From IMG/VR virus record IMGVR_UViG_3300012943_000028, positions 1 to 64,000 of that record: a stretch of DNA of 64,000 bases; one strand, given 5' to 3'. This DNA comes from a virus (taxonomy: Duplodnaviria > Heunggongvirae > Uroviricota > Caudoviricetes). Shown piece by piece: positions 25,417-35,413 of this stretch. The translations under genes and the position numbers were made by a program. The number at the start of each line of letters is the position of its first letter. The first letter of the stretch is position 1. The notes under the pieces are model-generated. The model worked only from the letters and a program-made list of their open reading frames with translations, was not told where the DNA came from and made no database searches.

Positions 25417-25754
25417 GCTGCCACCTCTTTGTGCTCGAAGCGGAAGAGATATGACGGGTCGGTGCCAAGCTTGGCGATCGTTTGATCGGCAGCTTCGAGC
25501 ATTGCCAACGCATCTCTGCGGCGTTGGTGCGCAATCTCTGCTGCGTAATCATAGACCATCTGGCGTGCCTGTTTCAGGGTGGAGGCCTGGCCAAAACCGC
25601 CGCCATTCCTCCACAGCATGAAGCGCTTCCGCTTTCTGGCCCTGAAGTTCTCAGGGAAGAAATGATCTTCGTCCGGGCGACCATCCTTGTAGTCCTCGAT
25701 TCCGAACTCGGAGCCGAGGATCACGAAGGTTTCGATGTAGGCGACGCCGCTCAT
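25413..25754 (-). CDS. hypothetical protein
   Basis: ATGA overlaps. Confidence 0.55.
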   Translation of the reverse strand: MSGVAYIETFVILGSEFGIEDYKDGRPDEDHFFPENFRARKRKRFMLWRNGGGFGQASTLKQARQMVYDYAAEIAHQRRRDALAMLEAADQTIAKLGTDPSYLFRFEHKEVAA

Positions 25755-26137
25755 TTGGCCTCCAGCACTTTGATCGCCGCTGATACTTGGCCAGGAACCT
25801 CGTTCAGCAGCGTGATGGCATTGCCGTCAAGGGCGCTGGCACCCCAGTTGAACTTCGGAAGAGCTTCCTTGTGGAGCCGTTGGGCTGCTTTCAGTGCTTC
25901 GAGCGCCTGCCCAGGCTGTGCCTTCAGTTCGGCGATGAGCTTGCGAAGGGTGGCGATGTCTTCTTCCATCGACTCGGCCCAGACCTTGTACGTCTCACGC
26001 TCAGGCCCACGATCGACTTGGCTTGCAAGGTTCTGCCGCCGCTTGGCGTACCAATCGAGCTCGCAGATCGCCTGCTCGATTTCATGGAAGAGGTTGGTTG
26101 CCATCATCATTCTCCTCATTCGTGCTTCATCGAGCAC
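25751..26137 (-). CDS. hypothetical protein
   Basis: packed ORF; start probably ~26110. Confidence 0.5.
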   Translation of the reverse strand: MLDEARMRRMMMATNLFHEIEQAICELDWYAKRRQNLASQVDRGPERETYKVWAESMEEDIATLRKLIAELKAQPGQALEALKAAQRLHKEALPKFNWGASALDGNAITLLNEVPGQVSAAIKVLEAK

Positions 26138-26364
26138 GGCAGTTTCGAGATTGGGTAGACGTTCTCCCAGCCTACCGGCACGTCGCCTTCAGCGTAGGCC
26201 ATGACGAAGAAGTTCTGCTGTTGGCCGCAGTGGCGGCACCAGCGGCGGGCTGGGTTGCGATCGTCATAGCGCCAGTTCAGCCGGTTCCGGACGAAGGCGA
26301 TGATCGCAATGATCAGCACGATCGGCGGAACAAACAGAATCAGCGCTGTGACGAAGGTACCCAT
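26116..26364 (-). CDS. small membrane protein with CxxC
   Basis: TM segment plus CRHCG. Confidence 0.5.
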   Translation of the reverse strand: MGTFVTALILFVPPIVLIIAIIAFVRNRLNWRYDDRNPARRWCRHCGQQQNFFVMAYAEGDVPVGWENVYPISKLPCSMKHE

Positions 26365-27677
26365 TACTCGTCGTCCCGGATTTCGACGTTCTTGTCGTCA
26401 CGGTCATGTTCGTACGTGCAGAACCGCAGCGAGCGGTACTTCTTGGACTTGGAGGACGTGACCTCCTGGTACTTGATGACGTGCGTCTTGGCCAGCCACT
26501 TCTTCGGGTTGGCCGCCATGTCCTTGCGCTGCTCGTCCGAGAAGCCGCTGCCGACGTTGAACTCGACGCGTTCACCGCTTTCCAGGTAGGCGATGCAGTT
26601 GACGCCGCCGATCAGGCCGGCTTTCTCCAACCGGCTCTTCGGCCGGCCAGGGTAGAAGCCGACGATGCGGGCGTCCACGTCGTAGAAGCGCTTGACCTTC
26701 GTCCACACGAAGGTGCGGTCCCAGTTGTATGTGGAATCCCAGTTCTTCAGGATCAGACCTTCCTGGCCGTGGGTGTCGATCACCTCGTTGCAGTAGGCCA
26801 TCATGTCGTGGTAGTCTGCCACCTCGCGTCCCTCGGAGAGGACGATCTTGGTGCAGTACTTCGGAAGCAGCTTCTCGAGCATCTTGCGGGCTTCCCGCAT
26901 GGTGATCTTGGTGCTCTGCGCTTCCCAGTCCTTCAGCGGCATGAGGAAGAAGGCACGGTAGCGGAGGTTGCTCTTGGCCTCGTCGTTGCCGGACTTCTTG
27001 GCGTTCACCGTCTCGGTGAAGTTGCTGGCATAGCGCTCGCCGTCGAGAACGAAGTCGTACTCGAGGACCGCATGCAGCCGCTGCAGCTCGGCGTCGAAGA
27101 GACCATTGACGTGTTCGGCGATCTTGCCGCTGCGCGAGTAGTAGACGACCTCGTTCTTCTTGACGATTGCGATCGTGCGCTCGCCGTCGTACTTGAAGTC
27201 GGCCTGGCAGGGGAAGGTGACGTACTTCTCGAAGTCGTCCGTGTCCTCGCACTTGTCAGCGAGCATCACGTTGAAGATCGGCACCAGGCCCGGGTGAATC
27301 TTGTCGAACGTCTCGTCGGAGAAGCCGGCCTTGAGGTCCTTGTCGATGACTCGCTCGACGTAGCCAGCAGTAGCCTTCGAGAAGTTGCTCAGCACGTTCG
27401 TGATGGCGAGCTGCGCCTCCGTGCCGGTGATGTCACGGTTGTGCAGGGCGTCAAGCAGCACGAAGAACTTGTCAAAGCTGGCCTTCGAGTCGTCACCGTC
27501 GAAGGCAGCTGGCTGCTTGAACTTCTTGACGCCGAACACTCGGTATGGGTTGAGCGCTTCTGCCATCAGGCGGAGAGCGATCTTGTCGGCCTTGCCGAGG
27601 GCGGTCTTGATGGTGGCTTTCTTACCAGCGCCACCGGCGCCCTCGCACGCCTTGATGATTTCGACGAAGTTGGACAT
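26364..27677 (-). CDS. ATP-dependent DNA ligase
   Basis: KYDGER motif I, YSRSGK, LDGE, EGLILK, WTKVK, VGSGFSD. Confidence 0.95.
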   Translation of the reverse strand: MSNFVEIIKACEGAGGAGKKATIKTALGKADKIALRLMAEALNPYRVFGVKKFKQPAAFDGDDSKASFDKFFVLLDALHNRDITGTEAQLAITNVLSNFSKATAGYVERVIDKDLKAGFSDETFDKIHPGLVPIFNVMLADKCEDTDDFEKYVTFPCQADFKYDGERTIAIVKKNEVVYYSRSGKIAEHVNGLFDAELQRLHAVLEYDFVLDGERYASNFTETVNAKKSGNDEAKSNLRYRAFFLMPLKDWEAQSTKITMREARKMLEKLLPKYCTKIVLSEGREVADYHDMMAYCNEVIDTHGQEGLILKNWDSTYNWDRTFVWTKVKRFYDVDARIVGFYPGRPKSRLEKAGLIGGVNCIAYLESGERVEFNVGSGFSDEQRKDMAANPKKWLAKTHVIKYQEVTSSKSKKYRSLRFCTYEHDRDDKNVEIRDDE

Positions 27678-28249
27678 TATGCGGCCTCCACAAGGCTGTT
27701 GATGTTGAGACGTTGGTAGAACTTGGCGCGTTCGACGGTGCTGAACCGCTTTTCAACACGGCGCAGAACGTCGCCGATGGTCTTGAGCGCCTGGTCGACC
27801 CGTTCGGCCGAGGTGCGACGCTTGCGCTTCTTGCCCATCTGGATGGATGTGCAGTCGTAGGTGTGCTTCGTGTGAGCTGGAATCTTGTAGACGTCCGTCA
27901 TCACCTTCTTCCACTCCTTGCCGTGCGGCATGAGCCGCTTGCCAGACTTGCGATCAGCGGTGTGGTAGTTGATGAGGTGGGCGACCTCGTGGGCCACTGT
28001 CTGCTTGAGGAAGTGCGCCTCGTTCTCGACGAGGAGGATGAGGTTCAGGCGGATGAGGTTGGTGCCGTAGGTGGCGGTGCCGCCGAAACGGTTCTTGATG
28101 TCATAGCGGACTTCAGGGCGCTCGAACTTCCGCTTGTAGTGCTTCTCAGCGATGACGTAGCACTCTTCGATGCGGGCCTCGACCTTCTTCCGCAGAGCGG
28201 GAGTCAGAAGGAGAAGGGTAGGAACGGTGGCACTCTGCCGCTTTTTCAT
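27677..28249 (-). CDS. SprT-like zinc metalloprotease
   Basis: HEVAH, HGKEWK. Confidence 0.88.
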   Translation of the reverse strand: MKKRQSATVPTLLLLTPALRKKVEARIEECYVIAEKHYKRKFERPEVRYDIKNRFGGTATYGTNLIRLNLILLVENEAHFLKQTVAHEVAHLINYHTADRKSGKRLMPHGKEWKKVMTDVYKIPAHTKHTYDCTSIQMGKKRKRRTSAERVDQALKTIGDVLRRVEKRFSTVERAKFYQRLNINSLVEAA

Positions 28250-28310
28250 CGTAGCTCCTCAGCTGTTCAACGTAGGGCCATTATAACCTGTCGGAACGAG
28301 ACTGTACACC
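28250..28310 (-). promoter_or_regulatory. early promoter plus leader cassette (near-duplicate at 30540-30598)
   Basis: GTGTAC..TATAAT followed by GCCCTACGTTGAAC...GGAGCTACG-ATG. Confidence 0.65.
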
Positions 28311-28322
28311 GGCAGATTATTG

Positions 28323-28571
28323 TTAAATGGCCTTGGCTAGCCGGTTGCGCTCCTGCTCGGTAAGCCTGATGTCGTGGAGTTCAGCACGACCGATTCTACC
28401 TTTCCTAAACAGGACACCGCCGTCAGGCATTACATAGCCACGGACTTTGGCCGCAAAGCGCATTGGCGCGTTCTTTGGTCGTGCGGCTTCGATGGCGGCG
28501 TTCTGCGCCGAAACTTGGGTGGTGCGTTCAGGCTTTGTCAGGCCGAACAGCTTTTCATATTCGTTGCTCAT
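28323..28571 (-). CDS. hypothetical protein
   Basis: coupled ORF. Confidence 0.5.
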   Translation of the reverse strand: MSNEYEKLFGLTKPERTTQVSAQNAAIEAARPKNAPMRFAAKVRGYVMPDGGVLFRKGRIGRAELHDIRLTEQERNRLAKAI

Positions 28572-29095
28572 TTCTTACAACCACTGCCGAATGGCTTGAG
28601 CCCGAGATCAGCATTGTGTCCGATCTGCCACGTCTTGGCACCGAGCATACCGACATGCCATGACCAGCGAGCGATGTACCACGGAGAGTTGCGCTCACCG
28701 TACTCATTGACAGTGTCCTTGCGGGCCAGGAATTCGCTGACTCCACGGTAGAGCAGCGACCATGCCACAGAGGAGAGGGCAACTTCAGATTTCGAAGGGT
28801 GAGAGCCGATCAGCGCCTTCGTCATGAAGTTGACTTCTTGGAAGCAGTAACGATCGGCGGTGAAGCCAGCGTCGGTCCATGCCTGCATCTGCGCATCGGT
28901 GCGGCGTGAGTCGGCGATGTGCATCGTTTGACCCATGTCGACGATGTTCTCTGCATGCCAGACGGCCTCCATTGCATAGAAGACCTTTTCATCTGGGCGG
29001 CGCTGGGCCTGTCCTTCAACAGGCAGGATCAGCTGGAGCGTCGAGCAGCCCGTTGAGAGCAGCATGACGACTGTGAGGGTGAACAGCTTACGCAT
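28568..29095 (-). CDS. putative lipoprotein
   Basis: MRK + hydrophobic stretch + LSTGC lipobox. Confidence 0.6.
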   Translation of the reverse strand: MRKLFTLTVVMLLSTGCSTLQLILPVEGQAQRRPDEKVFYAMEAVWHAENIVDMGQTMHIADSRRTDAQMQAWTDAGFTADRYCFQEVNFMTKALIGSHPSKSEVALSSVAWSLLYRGVSEFLARKDTVNEYGERNSPWYIARWSWHVGMLGAKTWQIGHNADLGLKPFGSGCKK

Positions 29096-29615
29096 TGGTT
29101 GTGCTCCTCTTGGTACGTGACGAGCGAGCTTGCCAGGCTTCCCATGCTTCCTGCACGAAGTGATCTTCGTAGTCGTGCTCAGCATCTTCCTTCGGATCGT
29201 TGCGCTTGAGGTACGCCGGACCACGTTCGGTCAGGATGTACTGCTCGAACTTTGCTCGTTCGTCGATCTTCTTGCGCTTCGTCTTGCTGCGCTTCTTCAC
29301 GAGGTTGAGGCCGAGCTCCTCAGCCGCGCGCTTCAGCAGCGCAAGCTTTTTGTCGTTGTCCGTCTGCCTCGAGCTCCAGCTGCCATGTGACAGTGCCTCG
29401 AAGCCGATGTTGTCGATGATCGCGAGGGTCTGCACGTCCGCGTGCTGGCACTCGACGACCCGGCCGTAGTGGAGGTCCGCCAGCCTGGCGTTCTTGTCAC
29501 CAGGCGGAAGGTGTGCGAAGTTCATGCCATGGGCGATCTTCGAACCTAGGAGGGGGTCCTTCGACCAGACGTCAGCGACGTCATTGTTCAGAACGACGAC
29601 TGTGCGGAATCCCAT
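29088..29615 (-). CDS. hypothetical protein
   Basis: SD AAGGAG. Confidence 0.65.
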   Translation of the reverse strand: MGFRTVVVLNNDVADVWSKDPLLGSKIAHGMNFAHLPPGDKNARLADLHYGRVVECQHADVQTLAIIDNIGFEALSHGSWSSRQTDNDKKLALLKRAAEELGLNLVKKRSKTKRKKIDERAKFEQYILTERGPAYLKRNDPKEDAEHDYEDHFVQEAWEAWQARSSRTKRSTTNA

Positions 29616-29624
29616 GGCTGCTCC

Positions 29625-29960
29625 TTACCCGACCTTGACGGAGAACTGGCTTGCCAGCGAGACGACCATTCGGGCAGGGTTCTTGAAACCCTGCGCCTTG
29701 AACGTCTCGGCCAGCTTCGTGATGATGTTTGCGAAGCTCGTCGACGCACGATCGATGAACTCGTCGTCAACGTACTCGGCCTTGACCTCGATCACCATGT
29801 TGGCGAGGATTTCCTCGACCTCATCCACGGTGAAGAGGATGCTTGGAGCGTTCAGCTTGTTGCGAAGCTGAACCATCAGCTGCATCGCTGGGGTCTTTGA
29901 GAAGTCGAGCTGTTCCATGTTCTCGAACATCTCGAGGAGAAGGCGTGCGTGGTAGTCCAT
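29625..29960 (-). CDS. hypothetical protein
   Basis: SD AAGGAG before MDYHAR. Confidence 0.6.
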   Translation of the reverse strand: MDYHARLLLEMFENMEQLDFSKTPAMQLMVQLRNKLNAPSILFTVDEVEEILANMVIEVKAEYVDDEFIDRASTSFANIITKLAETFKAQGFKNPARMVVSLASQFSVKVG

Positions 29961-29970
29961 GTGAGGCTCC

Positions 29971-30234
29971 TTACAGGTTTCGGCCGGTGATTTGAACGGC
30001 CCTGAAGCCGATGAATTTGCCGTTGTCGTGGATGAGCTCGTCTCGGTTGCCCATCGTGTCGATGTAGTGGATGCGGTAAGGGCGGCCGTCTTCGAGAAAG
30101 CCGCCCTTCCACTGGATGAGCTCCTCAACCACGGCCTTGGCGTCGTTCGTGACCGTGACACCGCCATCCTGGTCTTGGATCAGGATGACGTCGTCACTGA
30201 CGCCGAGGATGTGGTAGGGAGCTCGTGAGGCCAT
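29971..30234 (-). CDS. hypothetical protein
   Basis: TVTNDA..V, YID..G..DEL. Confidence 0.55.
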   Translation of the reverse strand: MASRAPYHILGVSDDVILIQDQDGGVTVTNDAKAVVEELIQWKGGFLEDGRPYRIHYIDTMGNRDELIHDNGKFIGFRAVQITGRNL

Positions 30235-30539
30235 TAGATGGCCTTGCACATGGAGGGGCTGACCTTCCAGCGAGGAGCGAAGCGGCCGATCGAACCGTCG
30301 GCGGCGAGCTCGGTGCCGTGGATGGTCTTGGCGTTGATCTTGTCGATCGAGATGACGATCTCACGACCGTGCTTGCTCGTGAACTTGACGTTCTGGCCGA
30401 TGTGGAACTGCGAACCGGCACGAATCTGCTTGATGTGGTTGGCGCTGCGGAGCATCTCGCAGGCTGCCGAGTTGAGCTGACGCAGCTCCTGTTCGTTCAG
30501 GGCCGGCAGCAGCTTGAGGATGTTGGCGAGAGTCGTCAT
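30234..30539 (-). CDS. hypothetical SH3-like early protein
   Basis: early promoter and SD upstream; GQNVKF..KINAKT..WKVSP. Confidence 0.55.
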   Translation of the reverse strand: MTTLANILKLLPALNEQELRQLNSAACEMLRSANHIKQIRAGSQFHIGQNVKFTSKHGREIVISIDKINAKTIHGTELAADGSIGRFAPRWKVSPSMCKAI

Positions 30540-30623
30540 CGTAGTCTCCAGTGGTTCAACGTAGGGCAATCTTACACTGGTCCGGACAGGTTGTACAATG
30601 TCCGATATTATGTTAACTGGAGC

Positions 30624-30830
30624 TTACTTGCGCCCCAGCTTCTTGTCGATGTTGACGACCTTGGCCGCCATCTCCATCAGGTCCTTCTGCTTGAACTTGG
30701 CATGCAGCGCACGGTCCTTGGCCGGCAGCGGCTTCAAGTTCAACTCGGTGATCTTCTTCACCAGCTCCTCACGCTCCGCAAGAAGGGCCTGCCGTTCAGG
30801 CGAGTCTTTGACAACACCAGCTCGTTGCAT
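30624..30830 (-). CDS. small coiled-coil early protein
   Basis: GTTTAC..TATAAT promoter, SD AGGAG. Confidence 0.55.
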   Translation of the reverse strand: MQRAGVVKDSPERQALLAEREELVKKITELNLKPLPAKDRALHAKFKQKDLMEMAAKVVNIDKKLGRK

Positions 30831-30926
30831 GGTCGTCTCCTGTTTCAATTCAGGTCATTATACACAGATTCACGTCAGGTGTAAACTTACGGATTCGGTG
30901 CAGGTAAATACCTGAGTCAACGGAGA

Positions 30927-31364
30927 TTGATCTTGCCAAAGAAGAAGATTCCAGATTTGAAAGTGGAACAGGTAAACGCACGCGCAAACCACCTGTTTTT
31001 GTCTCTCTTAGAGTACAAGCGGGAGACGTACATCTGCGTCATCGACAACGTCACCCAGTCAGAGATTGGTGCGTACGTCCTCGACTATGCAGAGCAGGAG
31101 AGAGTTCCTGTGGCCCAGTTCCTCAGCGTTGTCACGCGTTGGTTCTACTCAAAGTCAGAGTCGCACCCGCTTAGCATTGAGCTAGCGAGACAGGGACTTA
31201 CAGAAAGGATGGCACCGATCTACCGCTCGTTTGACACGGCCTATGTGTCACGCATAATCGGGCAGGCCTTCTCATATGAAGGCGGACAGAAGACAAAGGT
31301 ACGCAGGAGACGCGTGATCCCTATTCAAGAAGGGATCGAGATCAGGCTTAAGCGTCCAGGGTAG
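30927..31364 (+). CDS. hypothetical late protein
   Basis: TAAATA at 30905-30910, SD GGAG, TTG start. Confidence 0.65.
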   Translation: MILPKKKIPDLKVEQVNARANHLFLSLLEYKRETYICVIDNVTQSEIGAYVLDYAEQERVPVAQFLSVVTRWFYSKSESHPLSIELARQGLTERMAPIYRSFDTAYVSRIIGQAFSYEGGQKTKVRRRRVIPIQEGIEIRLKRPG

Positions 31365-31703
31365 TTACGTAAGCGTGTGGCAGTAGATGCCAACGGCGAC
31401 AGCGAACGCTTGGAATGCAATGAGCGCCCACATTACGAACTGCAGATGCGACATGTACTTGGCACGCATGAACGCAATTCCAAGGCCAAGCAGCGTCAGG
31501 AATCCAGCCTTCATGAAGAGAATAGCGTGGATTCCGTATTCACTGATGATTCTGCGCAGAAGCGGGTTGAACTCACCATCAATCCCAGCGATGTAAATCC
31601 ACCGGCGTGTGAGCTCATAGTCAACGATCGACAATAGAGCAAGAACAAGAAAGAACTTCCACAGCCTCACGCGCCGATCGATCGTTACCGCATCAAACTT
31701 CAT
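31365..31703 (-). CDS. small membrane protein (DUF5658-like)
   Basis: 3 TM, D..LT, E.NPL, K motif. Confidence 0.55.
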   Translation of the reverse strand: MKFDAVTIDRRVRLWKFFLVLALLSIVDYELTRRWIYIAGIDGEFNPLLRRIISEYGIHAILFMKAGFLTLLGLGIAFMRAKYMSHLQFVMWALIAFQAFAVAVGIYCHTLT

Positions 31704-32751
31704 AGAGCAGCCTCAGTGAGTTGATCTTCCATTCACGGAACTTCAGCTCAAGCTCAGGTGTACGGGTCTGCAGCACAGACCGTTCCACAGCCGCATCGAC
31801 CTTGGCAAACTCTGAGTTGAGATAGTTGGTGGCTTCTTCGAGCGACACCTCGCCAGCCTTCACCTTACGCAGGAACTCTGCATTCGGGCGAGGGAACACG
31901 ATGGTGCCGGTGTTCGACAGCTCGATCACCTGCTCAGTGATGCGGATGGCGTGGGAAAGTGCTTTCCAATCAACACCTTCACCATCAAACTCCTTCACGC
32001 GCTCGCCGTAGTTGCCAAGCGACTTCTCAATCGACTTGACGATGGTGACGATCCTGTTCGTCAGCGAGTACTGCTTGCCGCAGATTTCGATGCCTGGCGC
32101 AGCCTCAGTTCCACCAGCCGCATTCATGATCTCGATGCGCTTCACGTGCTCAAGCTTCAGCAGCTGGTCAACGAGCGACGGGGTGTCGACGAGGGCAAGC
32201 GTGGCACGCTCCTCGTTCGTGAACACGTGCTCACGACCCCACAAGTTCATCGTGCGGAGGGCCTCACCGAGTGATGTGTAGCGCTGTGTCTTCAGGCCGT
32301 ACAGCTTCGACTGCGAGACGGCGTAGCCAACCATCTTCTTCACGTTGCTCGTGAGAAAGCCGTCAACGAGATCGTTCATGATCAGCTTCACCTGGATCAC
32401 GCGTCCCTTTGGCAGCTCATCATTGAACTTGATGAGGTTCTGCTTTGCAGCAAAGGCCACCTCAAGGGCGTAGGTCTGACCGTCGAAGAAGTCATTGAAG
32501 AACACCTGCAGTGGCAGGTACTCGGTCTCGGTCTCGCCGGCGGCCATGCGCTCACCTTGCCCAACACCTTCTGGCTTCTCCTTACGGTTCGTCACCTTCA
32601 CGTTGAGTAGTAGATCGTCAAGCGACGGCAGACACACGGCCTTGTAGTCGAAGTCCGATGTTGCAGTTGCGTTGCCGTACAGGTGCGATCCAGTAAGGAT
32701 CGTGAACAGGGTCGTTTCTTTCTTGGCCTTCACTTCAAGCTCCGATAACAT
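31693..32751 (-). CDS. Pol-beta superfamily nucleotidyltransferase (RlaP/NrdC.11-like)
   Basis: GSHLYG..T.TSDFD, DWKALSHAIR. Confidence 0.82.
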   Translation of the reverse strand: MLSELEVKAKKETTLFTILTGSHLYGNATATSDFDYKAVCLPSLDDLLLNVKVTNRKEKPEGVGQGERMAAGETETEYLPLQVFFNDFFDGQTYALEVAFAAKQNLIKFNDELPKGRVIQVKLIMNDLVDGFLTSNVKKMVGYAVSQSKLYGLKTQRYTSLGEALRTMNLWGREHVFTNEERATLALVDTPSLVDQLLKLEHVKRIEIMNAAGGTEAAPGIEICGKQYSLTNRIVTIVKSIEKSLGNYGERVKEFDGEGVDWKALSHAIRITEQVIELSNTGTIVFPRPNAEFLRKVKAGEVSLEEATNYLNSEFAKVDAAVERSVLQTRTPELELKFREWKINSLRLLYEV

Positions 32752-33865
32752 TTCTCATGGTGGCGATTCTCGCCGCCGTCATTGCCTTGCCGATCTCTGG
32801 GCCGGCCAGGTGCATGAACTTGTCTGCCTTCACGCTCTGAGCAAAGCTCTTTGCGGTCGAGTACTGCTGCGCCTCGAATGGCCACTCCAGCCCGATCGAC
32901 TCACCCAGCGCCATGATCTTGGTCAGATCGTTGGCAGCTGGAGAATCAGCATCAAAGCCACGCACTGAGTGCAGCAGCGCATGCAGGTGCTCGGCCGTCT
33001 GGCGACAGTCGTTCAGCTTGCGCATGGCCTGCGTCAGCTTCTTCGTGTACGCTGGGATCGCAGGAGATGCTTGACGCGCATTTCCAGCAACGACAGCCAC
33101 GAAGAAGGACGTCTGCGTGCCAGGCTCGGCCCGCTTCACAGCGTCAGCAAAGCGTAGCACATCATGCATGTCGTACAGGATCGTGCCAAACAGGTCATCC
33201 ATGAACTTCACGGTTGATCGGATGCCAGCACGATCATCGTGCATGAAACCCTGCCAGCGCCAAACGCCCAGCGCCATCAGGGCGCTGAAGAAGCGGGATG
33301 GCTGATCCGACTGCGAGAACATCTTCTCGATCTCAGCGTAGTAGCGCTCATCTGACAGAGCGTCCATCTCGCCAGACTTGACGATTGAACGTGCCAGCTC
33401 GATGGTGTCCTGAGCGACATCAAACTTCGGCCAGCGGGCATAGAAGCGGGCCAGGCGGATCACGCGCAGTGGGTCCTCCGCAAACGCCTCTGAGACGTGG
33501 CGCAGCAGACCCAGTTCCAGGTCCTGACGACCATTGAACGGGTCAACGATCTCGCCAGTATCAACGTCCTTTGCGATGGCGTTGATCGTCAGATCACGGC
33601 GACGCAGATCGTCCTCCAGCGTGACGCTCGGGTCGAACGTCGTCTCGAAGCCCAGGTAACCGGCACCAGTCTTGCGCTCCTTGCGGGCCAGAGCGTACTG
33701 GTCGCCGTTCTCATCCATGAACACTGGGAAGTCGGCACCCACCTTCTTGAAGCCACGAGCCAGCATGTCTGCCTCGCTAGCACCAACAACGACGTAATCG
33801 TGGTCAGAGCTGGGCATGCCCATCAGCTCGTCTCGAACTGCGCCTCCAACCAGATAAGTCTTCAT
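32735..33865 (-). CDS. cca: tRNA nucleotidyltransferase (CCA-adding enzyme)
   Basis: YLVGGAVRD, DHDYVV, YALARKERK, DLRRRDLTINAIA, EDPLRVIR. Confidence 0.93.
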   Translation of the reverse strand: MKTYLVGGAVRDELMGMPSSDHDYVVVGASEADMLARGFKKVGADFPVFMDENGDQYALARKERKTGAGYLGFETTFDPSVTLEDDLRRRDLTINAIAKDVDTGEIVDPFNGRQDLELGLLRHVSEAFAEDPLRVIRLARFYARWPKFDVAQDTIELARSIVKSGEMDALSDERYYAEIEKMFSQSDQPSRFFSALMALGVWRWQGFMHDDRAGIRSTVKFMDDLFGTILYDMHDVLRFADAVKRAEPGTQTSFFVAVVAGNARQASPAIPAYTKKLTQAMRKLNDCRQTAEHLHALLHSVRGFDADSPAANDLTKIMALGESIGLEWPFEAQQYSTAKSFAQSVKADKFMHLAGPEIGKAMTAARIATMRNVIGA

Positions 33866-33921
33866 TTTACATAATCCCTAGGTGGGTCTTGTAGCCCATT
33901 CTAACCTAAACATCAACCAGG

Positions 33922-34272
33922 TTACATACGGTCTTTAACCATATGTCGTGCTACATCTTTACCCAGCTCTTGCCGCCAATCGATACATGCCTGGCATGTA
34001 CAATACGTGAGCTCGTTGTTGATGTGGAGGATCAAGGGCAGCGGACCAGGCTTCGCAAAGGCGTTCTGCTTCACGACGTTTTGGGCAAGCTGAGGAACCA
34101 CCTTCGTGTCACGCTTTCCAGTAAAACCTGGATAGTTGGGCCACACGTATTCCACCTGAACCCCCTTCGGGGTGAACGACTTGATCGTACCAGTGGTCAT
34201 TCCCTTGTAATACGGTGGGTTGAACGCCACCGTATCACCGATTTCCAGCTCCTGCCCAAAGACGTCTTTCAC
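33922..34272 (-). CDS. hypothetical protein
   Basis: D..GQELEIGD.V N-terminus. Confidence 0.55.
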   Translation of the reverse strand: MKDVFGQELEIGDTVAFNPPYYKGMTTGTIKSFTPKGVQVEYVWPNYPGFTGKRDTKVVPQLAQNVVKQNAFAKPGPLPLILHINNELTYCTCQACIDWRQELGKDVARHMVKDRM

Positions 34273-34274
34273 AG

Positions 34275-34985
34275 TTACAGCCCCTTCGTGGCGCCTGCAA
34301 CCAGCTTGCGGTTGACGGCCGAGAATGCCGTGTCAAGCACGGTGGCGGCAACGCGGGTGATCTTCAACAGCAGGTCAGACAGGAGCAGCGACACGATCAC
34401 GATCGGCCACTGGAACACCCAGATTGAGATGATGCCGACGTTTTCCTTGGCACGTGGGGTCAGGGCATCGACGATGGCGGATGGCTTCTCGAAGTCCACG
34501 TCTTCAGTGTAGATGTGCTTGCGTGAAGCTGAACCGTATTCGAGGTGCTCCTTGAAGTAGCCAACGAAGGCAATGCGCTTCTCGGTATCTGACAGCGGCT
34601 GGCTGGCGTCAACTTCTGGCTCATCACCACGACGCTTGATCGTGCGACGGTCGAGGTACTTGAAGAGCGGCTGTACGTCCTTGCCGAGCAGGATGTCAAA
34701 GCGCTTCTTGGCTTCCTTGATGGTGCGGATGTGGCGCATGCTGAAGGCAAGCCACTTGAGCAGAGCTGTCACGAGGCCGGCGGCGATGTAACCAGGAATG
34801 TACTTGGTCGTGATGGCGACCCAGCCCTCACTGGTGATGAAGTCCTTGATGTACGGCGTGAAGAAGTACGCACCGACGATAGTTGCGACCATGATGCCGA
34901 TCGACCAGTCGTAGCGGTCGTATGAGAAGACGATCACGTCGATGAGGAACAGAATTGCGATTACGACCAAAATTAGCACTGTCAT
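34275..34985 (-). CDS. membrane protein
   Basis: several TM segments; SD AGGAG. Confidence 0.6.
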   Translation of the reverse strand: MTVLILVVIAILFLIDVIVFSYDRYDWSIGIMVATIVGAYFFTPYIKDFITSEGWVAITTKYIPGYIAAGLVTALLKWLAFSMRHIRTIKEAKKRFDILLGKDVQPLFKYLDRRTIKRRGDEPEVDASQPLSDTEKRIAFVGYFKEHLEYGSASRKHIYTEDVDFEKPSAIVDALTPRAKENVGIISIWVFQWPIVIVSLLLSDLLLKITRVAATVLDTAFSAVNRKLVAGATKGL

Positions 34986-34995
34986 CTGAGTTCTC

Positions 34996-35259
34996 CTAGC
35001 GTTGGTTCTTTCCGATTCGAACGATTTCCGAAGATGAAACGAGCTTTGCACCTGCTCCCAGCGCAACCATCTGCTGGTCAGAGGTGATGTCGTAGTGTGA
35101 CGCCACCCGGTGTTTGTGGAAGAAATGCGGCTTGATGCCAATTAGCGCTGCAAATTCATGCAGCTCCTTGAGGGTGTCTGCCACCATGTGCGAGTAAGTC
35201 TTGCGTGGTTTCTTGCTTCCAGCTTTGGTCCACGTTGGGGCGTCGACGTAGACGGTCAT
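34996..35259 (-). CDS. DUF4031 family protein
   Basis: VYVD, HMVADT..ELHEFA, HYDIT. Confidence 0.8.
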   Translation of the reverse strand: MTVYVDAPTWTKAGSKKPRKTYSHMVADTLKELHEFAALIGIKPHFFHKHRVASHYDITSDQQMVALGAGAKLVSSSEIVRIGKNQR

Positions 35260-35413
35260 TCGCAGACGTACTCAGTTGCCACAAACTGCCAGAACCCACG
35301 TACTTCCAGGAAGCGGTGGCCAGTCCCGGCTTCCTGCATGCAGTCCTTGCGATGCTGATCGACATAGCCGATCTTCTCATCGCCGTACCAGCATTCGTAC
35401 ATGCGTTCCACGA

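Noticed and set aside
26406-27719. 437-aa plus-strand ORF
   Set aside because: Antisense shadow of the DNA ligase caused by strong codon bias; no motifs
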